NCBI GenBank assembly: GCA_009602725.1
Contig: WELB01000021.1
Location: forward strand, 878,634-942,633
Origin: Spirogloea muscicola
Taxonomy: Eukaryota
Length of the DNA stretch: 64,000 bases
Direction of reading: 5' to 3'
The position numbers were made by a program, and so were the translations under genes. Shown one piece after another: positions 24,061-37,445 of the stretch. How positions within the stretch are numbered: the first letter of the stretch is position 1; every line of letters starts with the position of its first letter. Under the pieces are notes generated by a model. That model made no database searches, had not been told where the DNA came from, and saw only the letters and a program-made list of their open reading frames with translations.

Positions 24061-24331
24061 GCAGTGAGCGAAGGGTCGGGGAAGGTGGCTCGGCTTGCAG
24101 GGGAAGCAGTGGCGGCGAGAAAGTCGCCAAGTCGTCTCAGCGACAATATGGACAGGAAGGGAGGGGGTGGGAAAGGAGGATGCGGCTGCTGACCTTCAGA
24201 GAGCGGCTGTAGACGCCAGCCAGATGCATGCGGGGGGTGTTCTTGACTTTATCAGCGGAGCCACAGGCTAGGCAGCCAGGGCGCTATTACTACCCCCTTG
24301 CCGGCAGAGAAACAAGACGGGGAGGGTGGGG

Positions 24332-24589
24332 AAGGGGGAGGAGGGGGGTGAGAGAAGTGCGCGCCCATAGAGAAGAGGGGCTGGCAAAACCAGCCCAAAA
24401 AAGAATGGACAATGTCCAAAGCCAAAGAAAGAGGAGCCGGAAAATGGACTACACTACAAAACACTGCAGAACACAGACACGATGCAGGGAAGCTCAGTAC
24501 CCACGAGTGAGCAACATCAGGTCTGAGTAGCTCGCTGCAGGGAAAGAGGCACTCAGGCGGCGGCCATAGCACGGCGGCGGCGGCCATAG
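24332..24589 (-). mobile_element. Retroelement 3' end with 14-bp TSD and polypyrimidine tail
   Basis: CGGGGAGGGTGGGG at 24318-24331 and 24590-24603. ASFPAASYSDLMLLTRGY* is followed by the hairpin and then a C/T-rich tail. Confidence 0.85.
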
Positions 24590-24797
24590 CGGGGAGGGTG
24601 GGGTTGGATTGGTTTGTCGTGAGGGCCCAAGCCCGCCCATGCGCCCCAGCGTTGTCCAGGTGTCAAGACTTTTCCCGGGCGGCAAGAAGTCGACAAGCCA
24701 GTGGACGTTGCCACCGGACATTTGCCGCACGGGGATGCCCTGGACCACCAGGTGGGGACTCGCACGGCCACGTCGCCGCTGGCTTCTTCGCCCTCGA

Positions 24798-25110
24798 TGA
24801 AGGGCTCGCCCATTGAGGACAGGGGCTGGAAAAAGCCAGCCCAAAAAACAATGAACACAGGACGAGAAGGGGCCAGGGGAAGAACGTAGAACAACAAGCA
24901 CAAAAAGAAGCGAAGCAGCTACGAAGCACTCAGTAACCCCTGCTAAGCAGCCTCAGGTCAGAGAGACTGGTTCCTGGAAGCGGTCCCCAACCCTCCCGCT
25001 AGGCCCCGAAGTCGCTGCTTAGCTCGTAGTCTGGCCCCTTCGAACCTTGTCAATTCTTTTCGGGCTGGCTTCTCACAGTCCTTGCCCCCATTGGGAGAGC
25101 CACTTTCTCC
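24798..25110. mobile_element. Two divergent retroelement 3' ends (SDLRLLSRGY subfamily on -, hairpin subfamily on +)
   Basis: 24798-24985 is near-identical to 54985-55180. 25010-25110 matches 8685-8790. Confidence 0.75.
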
Positions 25111-25286
25111 CGCTGTGGAACTTTTTCCTCTCGCTTCTACCCTCCCGCCAGGACTAGCCCTGCTTAGACTTCAAGCTCCACCGCGCGGGGCTGTGCCGCT
25201 GCCGCCGCTGCCGCCGCTGCTGCCAGAGCTCCGAGTCCAGACACGATACAACAACGCCGTGTGCGTCGCCCGCAGCTCGCAGGAGC

Positions 25287-26986
25287 ATGGGCAAGGCCCG
25301 GAGCGGCACACAGATGAAGACACTCCAGTGTCACGACTCTAGCAGAAGCAAGGGTGGCAGGACGAGCCCATTCAAACTTGCTCCACTAACATTAGTAATG
25401 TCAACATCAACCAGCCAGGGTGACTGCAGCCAGCCAGCATTGGTGAGAACAGCCGTCCAAGGACTTGCACTTTGACAGGGAAGCCTGCCTTGCCTTGCAG
25501 ACAGGTACATCAAGAAGCGCCACATTGCACAAAGTTCCGCACGTTTACAATGTGGCAATATTGTGCTCACACGACAGACTGCAGGCAGCAGGACTATGTT
25601 TATGGCAAATGTGCACAGCACTCATTCTGCTTTTCTGTCTTCTGCAGCTTCGTACCTCTTGCTTGCTTACTGATATTTTGTATGCGTGCTCTCCTTGAGG
25701 GTGATTCGTGTTCGGCATGTCCTGCACCGCAGACCCTCCACAAAGTCTTCAAGCTCATTGGTGAAGGTATTCTGAGTCAGTGGTCGGTGAAGTCACAGAG
25801 CCTCCCTCAGAAAGCCGAGAGTCTCATTCAGCTCTTGAATCAAGGTTACAATGACATTCAAGCTGCAAAAGCCGAGTTGTTGAAGATGGGCATGACATTG
25901 ACACCAGCTTGCCTGAAGGCCCTCGAGAGGTTCTTTGAGGCCATGCAAGAAGCCTCCAGCTCCTGCAGATCCTTCCTTAAGGTGAGGCCATAAGTGCGCA
26001 GAGCTTATTTCAACCAGACAATGCGCTAAGGAGTCACGAGCAGACGCGAATGCCTTATAGAAATCTGAGGATCAGCAACACCCTCTGACATGAGCATACA
26101 TTGTCAGCTCCACCATAAAATGAGCTATGGGATTTGACCAATACTTTGAAGTAAATCCTCGAGCACTTTGCTTCCTCTTTAGCCATTTCCTCTCATTGAC
26201 CTGATTGCGGAATAAGTAGTGATGCAATGACTGACAATGTGCTGGATCACTCTGCAGATGTGGTTTCCAGCCGCCTGCCCTGGGCTTTTGCAAGCAGCGC
26301 GTAACGACTTTGTTGTCCAGCACTTTCTGATATTGCGAGCCTTGGATTATGAAGCTAAAGGTCACGTCCAGCTTGTGCTGCTGGATACGAATACTCAAAA
26401 AAGTCAAGCACTCAAGAGGTATGAGCTTTTGCTCCTCTCAATCAGACATGCAGACTTGTAGGCGGTTGTGAATGTATGAACAACTTGATGCTGCTTGTGT
26501 CAAAAGCTCCAAGAGCCTAATGTCTGGAAGAGTCAAGAAAGGGAAGCAATGAGCAACGAGGAGGGATGGATGATGCCATCCCACACTCTGCATTGCTGCA
26601 ATGTCGGCACCTATTTCTCCAGCATGAGATATCCCACACCAATCTGCTGTAGAAATTGCTAAACGAATTGATGCTAGCTGTCATCTCCATGAACTGGGCC
26701 ATAAGAAGTGGTATCATATAATGGACACGATTATTTGAGCAGCTAAAGCATGTGATTGCTTATGGTTGATCTTATTGCTTCAAGGAGAGGGAACTGATGT
26801 TGGCCTATTGCCTTCTGCAGGTGGGCAGTAGATTCACACTACACTGCTGCGGCATTTATGGTAGTCCTTGTGCTTGTTCTCATTCTCTCTGCCATACTAC
26901 AATCCTCCGGAGTGCCGCGCTTTGCCAGCTTTCCAGACTGGCAAATTGGAGTATTTCAGGCACTGAAACACTGCTCACAGCTATAG
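25287..26986 (+). CDS. Unknown protein with C-terminal membrane helix, paralogue A; 4 exons (25287-25442, 25733-25981, 26258-26418, 26821-26986), 243 aa
   Basis: GT-AG introns of phase 0,0,2 give an open frame. The motif AARNDFVVQHFLILRALDYEAKG is shared with the 48-49 kb gene. C-terminal hydrophobic helix AAAFMVVLVLVLILSAIL. Confidence 0.65.
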
Positions 26987-28767
26987 TGAGACCCTGCATA
27001 CACTAGCAGGTCCAGTAAGTAGACAGCCTTTACTTGACACAGGTGACTACGATGACCGGCACTGGGCAGATGTTGCACATTCAGCCGCAAGCTATTGGCG
27101 GGGCCACTCATTTCCTGCTGCTACTTATTCGACCTGTGGCTATTTGTTTACTGGAGATTACTGAATGGTCGTCTGTACACTAGCTTTGCTGGAAGAAATA
27201 GAGCTTTCCGGCCTGTTAGGACCTTGTCCTTGATCTTGGGCTGGCCCTTCCACGCCCATCGTCACCGTTTTATACAGCGACTTGTCGTTCGAATGACCTG
27301 TCCCGCCAGGAAGCTCTTGCACGTAACAGAATCTGTGCTCAATGGTGGGTAATAGAATCCCCCTTTATTTGATTATATCGTTTCAGCAGCCGCATGTTAC
27401 GCTGGAAGAGCTCACTTCTTCCCCCTTGCTGTCCCGCGCCCACACTGTTACCTTAGCTCTTTCATCACAGAGCTTCGCTGCATGGAGCACCATACACTAG
27501 CTTTTGCCCAACAGTTGAGGAACTCAAATTGGCTTCCCTTCAGTTCTTGCGCACCCTGCGCCTCTTCTCCTAAGCAACGCTGGCGGCAATTGCCGAACCC
27601 TGAACCCCACCACCATGTTCGGCGCTTGCTACCCCCAAGCCGTGTCCAGCGATGGCGGCTGTCCTTGGAAATCCAAAGCGGCTTCCCAATCGTGGCCAAT
27701 GCGCCTCTCGCTGCCTTGCTTGCGACGTCGCCATGGCTGCCGCCACGCCCTCCGCCTCCAGCGCCACTGCGGCCTCGTCTCCACTAATGAAATGCCCTGC
27801 CGCCCTATCCGATGGCACCGTACCTGCAACTGCCTCGCCGCCAAGCGCGTAGCTTGAGCTCCAGGGGTCCGACTTCATGGGTGCTCAGCTCGTCAGCCAT
27901 ACTGATGCAGCTCCGGCTGACGCAGTATATCTATGCTGGTCTTCATCTTCCTCCAACGTGTACATCCTGCTGTATCTTCCAGCCTCTGGGTCGTGAGACA
28001 GTGGCAGGAGACGACCAGATATAAGAGATGCCAAATAGATGTTGTGGCTTTGCGGCACTTGGCGGCCATCTGAGACACACAAGCAGTAGGTCAGGTCACG
28101 TCCCGAGAGTGCAATGGCACTCTTTCTGCAGGTTGCCAAGGCTGGCAGCAGGGAGAGCAATCACCATGGAAGTTGTGCCGGTTGGGAGGCAGGCGTGCAA
28201 ACTCACTGGGCTAACTTTGCAGCTGGTCAGCCAGAGAGCTTCTTCAGCCGGCATTGGAGAAGGTCCACAAGTGCTAGGGTCAGGAGCCCCTGCCACTCCG
28301 GTCATGCGAAACTCGTACCTTTCACAATGTTGTCCTTCCTGCAGGACTGCTGGCGCCAAGGACTTCAAATCAGCCAACGGGCTCCTGCGGATGGAACATG
28401 CAGCCTTGCAGTCTTGTAACGAGCTTTTTGCTGACTTTTCATCAGCTGCACCTTTCGGGGGGCAAGTGTCTGACTTGCAGGAGACCAGCACCACCTATGA
28501 ATTGGCAATGAACTGTGCATGGAGTTGGCCTGCAGTTTCTTGCCTGTCATGCTGGTGGGATTGTGGGTTAGGAGGCGGTCATGTTTTGCTGGTGGCCTGG
28601 TGCACCAACCCACAGCTGTGCTTTGCAAGGCAGCCTTGAAGCGCGAACCCACTATAGGCACCTGACTTGACCAGATTCAGTATTCCTGTGAAAGGCATGT
28701 AGTCACAGTCCATAAGCCCTAGCTCTCTTCAGCCGACAGTGCAACAGGCTAAAAATGGAGTAATCTG

Positions 28768-29369
28768 TCAAGGAGCGGGCACAGCTCGACCCAGCTTCAG
28801 ATCTTGATGGCCCGTCTGCCCGGGGACGTACACCAAGTCGCCACTATTTTGGAGCACCTGGAAGTAGCTACATATGTGGTGGACCCTGCTTCCCCTGTTG
28901 GCGGCGTTGTACAATGCAGTATAAGCCTTGCTTGGTTTGCTCTTTTCTTGTAAGCGGCGGCTTGAGACGTCTTGGAGCAGGCACAAGTAGTGCCTGGGCC
29001 TGGCGGAGACGCGGCACGCGCGTCCCTGCCGCAGAAACACTCCGGCCAGACCGACAGCGGCCTCCGGGCCTGGGTGTGTGGGATGGCGGAATGATTGATT
29101 TGTAATATATGGTATGATTTGGCATCTTCTTGTGGGGGTCCGCCGCCATCTATCTAGTAGAGGGTCCTACCAACAGCAGCACTTGGCTAAGATTTGATCT
29201 CTGGAGGTGTGTGCTGCTTGGAAGTTCTTCCAGCGCTTCTTGACCAATTCATGTGGAGAAAGAGCGCGATGAAGATTGCCCATTCCTTATACACCTCAGG
29301 AGTGGAGTTCTGACTTAGTCCCACCAGTGGTAGGGAGTTCCCAGTAATATGTGGTGGCAATTCCCACAC
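28768..29369 (-). pseudogene. Possible degenerate JmjC-domain relic
   Basis: In JmjC order but in different frames: GNSLPLVG...TPEVY, then IIPPSH, then QVLQNSGDLVYVPGQTGHQDLKLG, which resembles the VQ.PG..VYVP....H.V.N.G motif. Confidence 0.25.
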
Positions 29370-30719
29370 GTGACGCCGGGTGCTACCACATAGCAGAACG
29401 CTCTGATAAGTTGTTCAACCAGACCTGAAGGATCGAAGCAGGAATGCACAAGAGACTCTTTGTCCATGCTTGGGAGGAGAGGGTTGCAGGTCTATATGCA
29501 TGCATGCGATGTTGGCCGGCAGCTTGCAGTCGTTATGAAGATTTTGTGACAAGCGGAGGATGACGGGTGGGGCTGCTAGATTGGACCGAGCTGCGCTTTG
29601 ACCTATTAGCCACTCTTGCTTCTTGTTGGTTTGCCTGCTTTCGACAGTCGGCTTTTGACTCGCGGGTAATATCACTGCTGATGCACTTGGAGCAGAGAGG
29701 TTAGTGGCCTGTTGTACATCACATTTCGCACAAATTCATGTATAACAAGGCAAGGCGCTTTCAGAGAAGACAGCGGCAGTGGACACATGGATGACAGGCA
29801 GAGTTTGCAGCTTCACTGAAAACGGCAGTATTGCAGAGATTGATGACTCTGGCCCTAAGGAGCACAGACTACCTGCTGGTAATGACAGCCAACTCTTGCA
29901 ACAAAATTCAGAACCTTTTGTCCCTTGTGGAGACAGTGCTTTGTTATGGTAGATGCATCACACTCTCAATCACAGACCTGCAAGAGTAACCATGCAACCA
30001 ATGTTTTATCTTGTCCTTGCTTCCCTTCCAATATGACATCATTCCTCACACCTTATGTCTTGATCAAATTTTCTCAATTGTCAAAAACCTCATGCAGCTC
30101 ATCACCAACTCATTGATCATCCATCTGGCATAGCCCCTGAATCTAAGAACGACTAGAGATGTCCGTACTTCTCAGTGTACAGACTTCCATGCAGCCTTCA
30201 TCCTACAACCTGCCACCAAGACGGCCATCAATAGCTGTTAGACTTTGTGTAAGACATTTGTGATCCCACTGTGTGAACCAACCATGTGCAGGAGAATTCC
30301 CATACATAATATCACAACAACTGCACGATAGGTCCAAGTACACATGCAGTCTGTGTGATACTTCTACCTTAAGACCTGATCAGAAGCTTTACTACTAATA
30401 AACACCTAGCAGCCTGACTGGAAGAGAGGGTGCTTTTATTGGGTCCAATAGTAAAAGCAGGTCTGCCAATCTTCTGCAGCAAGGAAAGGAAAATAGATGA
30501 GATTAATAATATGAGCTATAATCTGAGATTGCCAGAATCTTTAGAATGAGACAAAGTCGAACCGATCAGACATACGGGTCCCTTGCAAATTACTACTACT
30601 CGCAGAATACTATAGCAAGTGACTAGTAAAGCTCTGACTTAGCATCCTTGGAAGGGGGATTTCAGAAAGACAACAATTTGCAAGTTGGTTCAGGGAAGCT
30701 TGATGCCTATTAGAAGAGA

Positions 30720-31250
30720 ATGCGGCTGCTGATATTGAAAGAGCGGCTGTGATAGCCAGCCAGATGCATACAGGTGTTCTTGACAGAGCCACAGGCTAGG
30801 CAGACAGGGCGCTCTTAGTACCCCCGGGTCAGCAGTAGGAAATCAGATGAGCTGAGGGGAGGAGGAGCAACCCCGCTGCGCGGGCCAGAGGCTGCTGCAA
30901 GGGCGCGACCGGCGCGGCGGTGCAAAGCAAGCGCTTGGGAGCGCTGGAGGGACATAGACAATCGCATGCGGTAGCAGGACACAGGACCCAAAGGCACCGA
31001 GCCACCGGGGAGTGCTGCACCCTGTTCCCGGCGCCGCTGGTCAGCTTGAGATGTTAGCAGCGAAAATAACGAGGACCACCGACCCCCGTAAGACCCATGG
31101 ATGTCCATGGCCAGGGGGTAAAAGGTATCACCCGCCGGGTGGTCCTTGTACTTGTGCAACTTCTTCTGTTCGGCCACCTTCACGGGTTAGCCGGTCTCAA
31201 AAGTATGGGGGGCCCTGCGTCCGGAAGCTGTCGGTAAGACCGACGTCCAT
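30720..31250 (-). mobile_element. RLE-type retroelement 3' fragment (divergent subfamily)
   Basis: ORF 30815..31183 AEQKKLHKYKDHP...FYPLAMDIHGSYG...RMRLSMSLQRSQA...SDFLLLTRGY. A frameshifted MDVGLTD (DV...D motif) lies just upstream. Confidence 0.75.
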
Positions 31251-31409
31251 ATTAGAAGGAGCTAATTTGAACAGATACTTGACGAGGTGGAATGTCTCCT
31301 CACAATGGTTGGCTTCCTTGGCTGGCACATTCTGCTTACAGTCTGTGTCTTTCTCTAAGACTAGCAATCCATAGCCAATTAGAGGAGCTTACTGCTTCCT
31401 TAGTGCATT

Positions 31410-32990
31410 GTCATTTCGGATTGACCTTTCACAACCTCGCCCCCTTGGGAAGCGCTTACGATCTGTTGGGCTGGCCTTTCATAGCCAATGTAGAAAGAGC
31501 TGCTGTAAAAGCCAGTCAGGTGTTCACAGCCATCGCCCCTTTCTGCTTGCCTTCGTACATGGCCACTCAGGCCCTCCACCACTGATTACACACTCCAATT
31601 TCTTTTTTTTGGAGGCGACCAGCGCTTGCTGACTAGGGCTCGCTACCAGTCTGCGCAGCGCCCTACTGGGCGCAGAAGCCATATTGGCGCTGCCGTCGGT
31701 GCGACGGTGATTAGGCGTGCTCACAGCCGCGTATGCAGCCGCAGCTGGCGAGCGCGGTGCTTACTGCTGAAAGCTCCTGGCGCGGCGTTAATTGAGAGCC
31801 CTAAAGCCTTAACCTAAACCACGAGTGACGGCGCTGTTGCCCACGTTGCTGTCTGGGTGCGGAGTCAGCTGTAAGGCACAGTCTCATAGCGGCGTCGACA
31901 AGTCGGCCGTCCGCAGCGGATTAGTCGTGCCGCCCACACGGGCGGCTTGACTTTCTCACGCTTTGATATTTTTCTCGCCCCTTCGAACATTGTTCATTCT
32001 TTTCTGGGCTGGCCAATCACGGCCATCGTCCTCTACCCTAAAGGCCTCGCCTCCTATGTGCTTGCCTTGGTACTTGGCCACACAGGCCCTCCATCTCTTA
32101 ATACACACTCATCCCTTTCTTTGTACTTGGCCAATTTGGCCTTCGATTGTTTCAAATACACGAATCCATATTCTTTCTTTGGCAGAGTCCATACTAGTCT
32201 TTCTGATTTGCGGCCCTCACTCGTGGTTACTGAGTGATACATCCTACCGGCCAAGCTCTGAGAGCGCTTTTGGCACCTTCGGAGTTTGTCAGTATTTTAT
32301 GGCTGGCTGTTCATGGCCCTTGCCCCCGTTGGGAGAGCCACATTCCTTTTCACTGAAGAGTCTTTCTCTTTACGACTCTCGCCGGGCACAACTTGCCAAC
32401 TTGGTTGGGCCGCCTCGTTTCCAGCTGGAATGGCTGACGCCGTCTTGCTGCGAAGCCGAGGAGAAGCAGCTCAAGTGCCAAGGCGAGGGCTATGAAGAAG
32501 CCATTTCGCCCACAATGAATGAACAAGATGCAAAAGCGCCGGTGACAATTTGCTGAAGACCAGAACGGGTGCCGGCTGTCCTAAAGGGGGCAAGGGCCGT
32601 GAACAAACAGCACGAAAAGAATGGGCTGGTCAGAATGGGCCGAAAAGCGCTGTCTTAGAGCTTGGGTTGGATGATTTACTTAGTGAAGGAAACAGCTCCT
32701 CCAAATTGACAGCAGTGGTTGTGAGAGGCCAGCCCTAAGGAATGTACAGGTTCGGAAAGGGCCGGATGGCGCAGAAAGCAGATATCAGGCTCTACGACAT
32801 CACGAGTGACCACGAGTGAGGAGCCGCAAAACCGAAAGACTAGCAGCCGGAAAGCAGTCCCCCTGACGCTAGCCAGAGGCTGCAGCTAGAGCACGGCTAG
32901 AGCACGGCACGGCCAGCACGCAGGCCTCCGCGTCATTTTATGTGCACCGCGCGCCTTCTGTCTCTCACAGCCATTGCCGCAAAATGTAAG
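31410..32990. mobile_element. Cluster of retroelement 3'-end fragments
   Basis: Hairpin motifs at ~31468, 32005, 32302, 32595(-) and 32727(-). SDLRPLTRGY* at ~32200-32233. Confidence 0.65.
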
Positions 32991-34133
32991 GGCTGTTTCT
33001 CTTGGGGCTGCACCCTAGACCGAGCCGATTCTCTTTCACGTTTCCTCAGCTGGAACTTACCCAGCTACGACGACGGAGGCGTCCACTGCCCGGGTCCATA
33101 GGGAAGTAGACAAAAGGCAAGCCCAGTATAATACATCAAGCTCTGAAGGCAACCCCAAGCTTTCAGCTTTTAGCTGTCTGTCCCATTCCACGGTGCCGCA
33201 CACGTGAGCAGCTCGAGGCTGAAGGTAAGAGAGGGGCCCTTAACATCTGAGGCTGCTTAGCAAGGCTTACTGTGTGTTTCGTAGCTGCTTGATTCCTTGT
33301 GTGCCAGCTACAGCGCTTTCCCTGGCCGCGTCGAACTTTATACATTCTTCCTTCTGGGCTGGCCTCTCCCAGCCAACGCCCTCTCCTAGAAGCGTCTCTC
33401 TCTCTCTTATCATCGAGCTGCTACTTGTGCAGGTTCCTAGCGCACATTGACTCTACGGCGCATGTCTGCAGTCCCTTCAGGAAGACAAGACAGAGGGATA
33501 CTTGTGGTAGGAGATGGTGAAAAAGTTTGAGACATGGATACCTTACTGCTTGCTGCTTTTGCCTGTCACCTCCGCCCAGCAGCATGCCAGCCTCAGCAGC
33601 AAGTTCAGCCACTGCATAGACGAGGCTTATTTGCATCAAGAGGAATGTATCACAGAGCAGCCTGTGGGGCCGTTGGCGTCATCGGTCGCCTTGGCCTGCC
33701 GCGGCCTGCTCACCATCTAGCCTGACAAATCTCAGAGCATTTGCCTACGCTGCTCAAGCAACTTTCCAGCACCAGAACAGCCTAGAGTTGCAGATTTGTG
33801 GAGCATGGACGGATGGAGCTGAGCAAATTGCAAAGTGGACGGCCCAAGTGGCAAAATGCCAGCTCATGAAGCAAGGTGTTAGGCTGGTCCTATTGAGCAA
33901 TCACCAACCCACACAAGCAAAATCCAAAGTTTCCATGAGGTCGCCTGTCGCCATTGTACAGTCTGTTCCATGATGGTATATTGGGCACATTTAAGTGCTG
34001 TGGGGCTTACTTGCCTGGCATGCAGATGATTCACCCCTGCCAGCGCTCATGATTACAACAACATCAAATTACCTCATGGGGCAAGGTCAAAAGGGAGGAC
34101 GTGGTACTGAAATGTCGAAGGGGCCAATAGGAT

Positions 34134-35374
34134 TCAAGTACTTCGTTCAATCAGAGTAATCTGAGGCTTGTCCTTCTTGGCCTGGCAAAATTGTGTGCCC
34201 AAATGGTCATCTTCAGGAATGCGATAGTGGCACATGCGCCCTGAGCAGGAAACCTTGTTCTCAAGACAGAGAAATTCGTCACTCTGATCTTGCTCCACTT
34301 TCCTGGTAATATCATGTACCAGCACGTCAGTTCCACCAGGCGACTGTCTATTGTGGGCAAAGACCGCAGCTGTGAAGATGGGAGCCATCCGCCCAGGAGC
34401 GCTGTGTCGCCAGCCCACAGGAGCATCAATGATGATCACATCCCAGTCCACGTGAAAGAGTTGCCTGCACTGACGCATGGTTAAGGTCATGGCTCAAGGA
34501 AAGCACCAAGTGAAGACATGATGTCAACCCAATACCAGCAACAACTGTGTGAGAAGCTAAACACTGATTTTGTGCCTTCAAGAAGTAGCAAGATGGCCTG
34601 TTGGGTGTTAAGTCTGCTCGTACTTAGGGAGCTGAGTCAAAGTAAGGTTGCACTTGCTTGACTCCAGATCTTGATGCGGCTTGCAGACCCCCGTCCTCGC
34701 CGCCTTCGCATAACTCATCAGCTCGTGTGCTTGAGAGAGTATCGTCTTGTAAACAATATGGTACATTTCCAAGTTGATGCCAGCCTTCATCACTTTCTAT
34801 GAGCATGACATTGGGCATGTCAGTCACTCTCCCGTAGAGACGATTTCAAGCTGATGGCTCTGCTGAGTAGTGTGCATGCAGCAAGTCGTATGCATGCTGC
34901 AGCAAACAAAAGGAAGGAGGTTGGTAAAAAATCACCAACCAGGTTTGTGGCCGCCATCCAATCGAGTGAATCCTCCAAAAATACTGTGCGACCACCAGCA
35001 TTCAGTGCTGCCCAAAGTGGGCTGTCTTGGGCCAACCCAAAAGCGAGCACATTGCTAGGACCCCGCTGCTGGAGGATGTCGAGCATGATTGTAATCTCTT
35101 CCTGGAGCAAGCACACAAAACAGCTCAGTGGCAATCCATACATGTCACTGCAAAGTGGCCTGGCAGAAATGACAGGCTAAAGGACCGGAACAACTTGCAA
35201 TGCTTCTCTTACTGCCCTGCACATATAAATCTATCTGGCATGACATGGTGCATTGCAAGAGCTCTCCCATTTACCTTGGTCTTATCAAGAGGTTTACGGC
35301 TTGTGGCAAAGTAAATAAGGGCCCTGGCAGCTACTCCAGGGAGGCCTGTCGCCCTATCCACCTTTGCCCTTGAT
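34134..35374 (-). CDS. GXM: DUF579 polysaccharide O-methyltransferase (GXM/AGM/IRX15 family), copy 1; exons 35374-35275, 35101-~34940, 34796-34624, 34464-34134; 5' end unresolved
   Basis: Motifs ALIYFATS, RGPSNVLAFGLAQDSPLWAALNAGGRTVFLED, CNLTLTQLP, VDWDVIIIDAP.G...APGRMAPIFTAAV and TDVLVHD...EFLC.EN are joined by GT-AG introns. Confidence 0.88.
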
Positions 35375-36628
35375 CTGCACGACGTCCCTCAGAACATGGC
35401 AGGCCAAGTGAGTGCTTGCCACCTACTAAGGCATGACGAGATAGGTCACTGGCAGCATGGAAAGCCATAGATGGTTGCTTCTAGAAAACTTCAGCAGGCG
35501 CAGCAGACAGACTGGACCAAAAATGCTGTCAGTGAGAGCTGAGTTTGTTGTCCACTTCAGAGTGCGTGTTTTTGTATTTGCTTAAATAGCTGGTACGTGC
35601 TTAGTATATTCGCTTAAGTCACTGGTGCCAATGAAGCATATGCTAGTGTCCTGCTTGATGCATAGCTGAAGTCTCTGCAGCACTCATGACATCAAGCACT
35701 GCAAGGATCCTACCTTGTTCATCAACATGTCCAGACACAATACAAACAACATAGAGGTGACAGAAATAACTGCTCGGTGTAAGTGGCTGTGCAAGCCAGC
35801 CTAGCTTGCAGGGAAGGACATGAGAGCGTGCATTACCAGTGAGCAAAGGGAAGGTCCAAGGCCACTATGACCACTACTTCCCAACATGATGTTGCAGACA
35901 CATGTCTGCAGCACCAGAATGAGAAGCTTACCCTCCAGTCCTGACACCAAGAGTAGACTTGGGCTTGTGGTTGTCGTAACTGCTCCTTGAACTTGCATTG
36001 ATGAGGAGACCCACGATTCTGCAGCCACAGTCCATGAATATCCACTTGCTTATGCAGGAGGTCTATTCAAGACATCAATCGCACCATTTCAGTCATGGGT
36101 AGCCACAGTCACCACACCTCTCAGCCACAAGGCGGACCTCCAGTCACTCTGTTCGAGCACTATCCAGGACGGAATCACCCTTGCTTTAGCGACTCCCACA
36201 GCTGCACCCTCTGCCTTGCTGGCAACAGGCAACTCACATGGTCACCAGGCACACCACCGCCAGCCCTCGGAGGTGACGAGGGCTCATCGTCCGTAGGGCC
36301 CCTGTCAGCGAGGGGGCGCCGCCGAGGCTAACCGGCCGCCCAGAGCTGCCGCCTGCCGGGGGCTCGGAAGGCTTCTTCCTCTCAGCTTGGCGCATCGGAA
36401 ACGAGCCAGCAGCACCGGAGGCTAGTCAGAGGCCCCACGCGTGAACGGCGGCCGGCGGCAGTGGTGGCGGCAGCGATGGGGGGCGTCGCTGTAGTCGCAC
36501 TTTGGAATGGTGGTGGAAGCGGCGGAGGCGGCACCGCCGCCGGGCCCCGGAGGCCAGAGCCTGGACGCGACGGACGGCAGGCGCTGGTTTGAAAGCGGAG
36601 TGAGCTCATCCAATGATAGGGGCCGAGG

Positions 36629-36660
36629 GCTGTGAGAGAAGTGGCCACTTCTCTCACAGC
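36629..36660. repeat. Perfect 32-bp palindrome made of retroelement 3' junction sequence
   Basis: GCTGTGAGAGAAGTGG|CCACTTCTCTCACAGC. Confidence 0.9.
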
Positions 36661-36809
36661 TCTGCCAGTGGGCGCAAGGGCTGTGAGTAGCCAGCCCGAA
36701 AGCGAATCTCGACAAGATGGTTCGGTAGGGCCGGGCGACCGGCAGGCCGGGGCCGACGGCAAGCGAGACCCGGGAAGTGGACGCCTCCGCCGTTGTAGCT
36801 GCGTGAATC

Positions 36810-37445
36810 CCAGCGCCTTTGGCGCCAAATGGCTGGACCTACTTCACCGCCTTGCGCGGCGAGCAGCGGCCCGCCGCCACGGGCAGCAGGGCGAGCAGCC
36901 TGGCTTCCATGTCGCCGGGTCCCTCGCCCAAGTTTTCCGGATGCGCCTGGCCGTCTCTTTGCAGCGGTCCCTAGCTTTTGCGGTCCACTTGCGCGCAGGC
37001 CGTGCTCTGGCGGCGGCCTCCGGCTTCCGTCAGGGCGACGTCTTTCCGCCTGCTAGCTACTCAGATTTGCATCTACTGACGAGAGGTTACTGAGAGTTCG
37101 CTTACTGCTGTCTCAGTCCTTAGCACTCCGACTCCTTCAGACCTTGTCCATTCTTTTGGGCTGGCCTCTCCCAGCCACCACTTAATCTGGCCGCGCTTGC
37201 TCTCAGCCAAGGAAGAGGAAACAGGGTCGGTCTAGGGTGCACCAACGAGAAAGAAGTGCGCGCCCATAGAGAACAGGGGCTGGCAAAGCCAGCCCAAAAA
37301 AGAATGGACAATGTCCAAAGCCAAAGAAGGAGGAGCCGGAAAAAGGCCTACACTACAAAAGACTGCTGAAAGAGCTCTTCCAATCTTCGGCAATGGCTGT
37401 GAAGAAAGTGCTCGCCCACAGAGTAGAGGGGCTGGCAAAGCCAGA
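36810..37445. mobile_element. Retroelement 3' fragment (+) followed by nested 3' ends (-)
   Basis: AFGAKWLDLLHRLARRA...RMRLAVSLQRSLA...SYSDLHLLTRGY* ending 37093. Hairpins at ~37158(+), 37278(-) and 37428(-). Confidence 0.75.
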
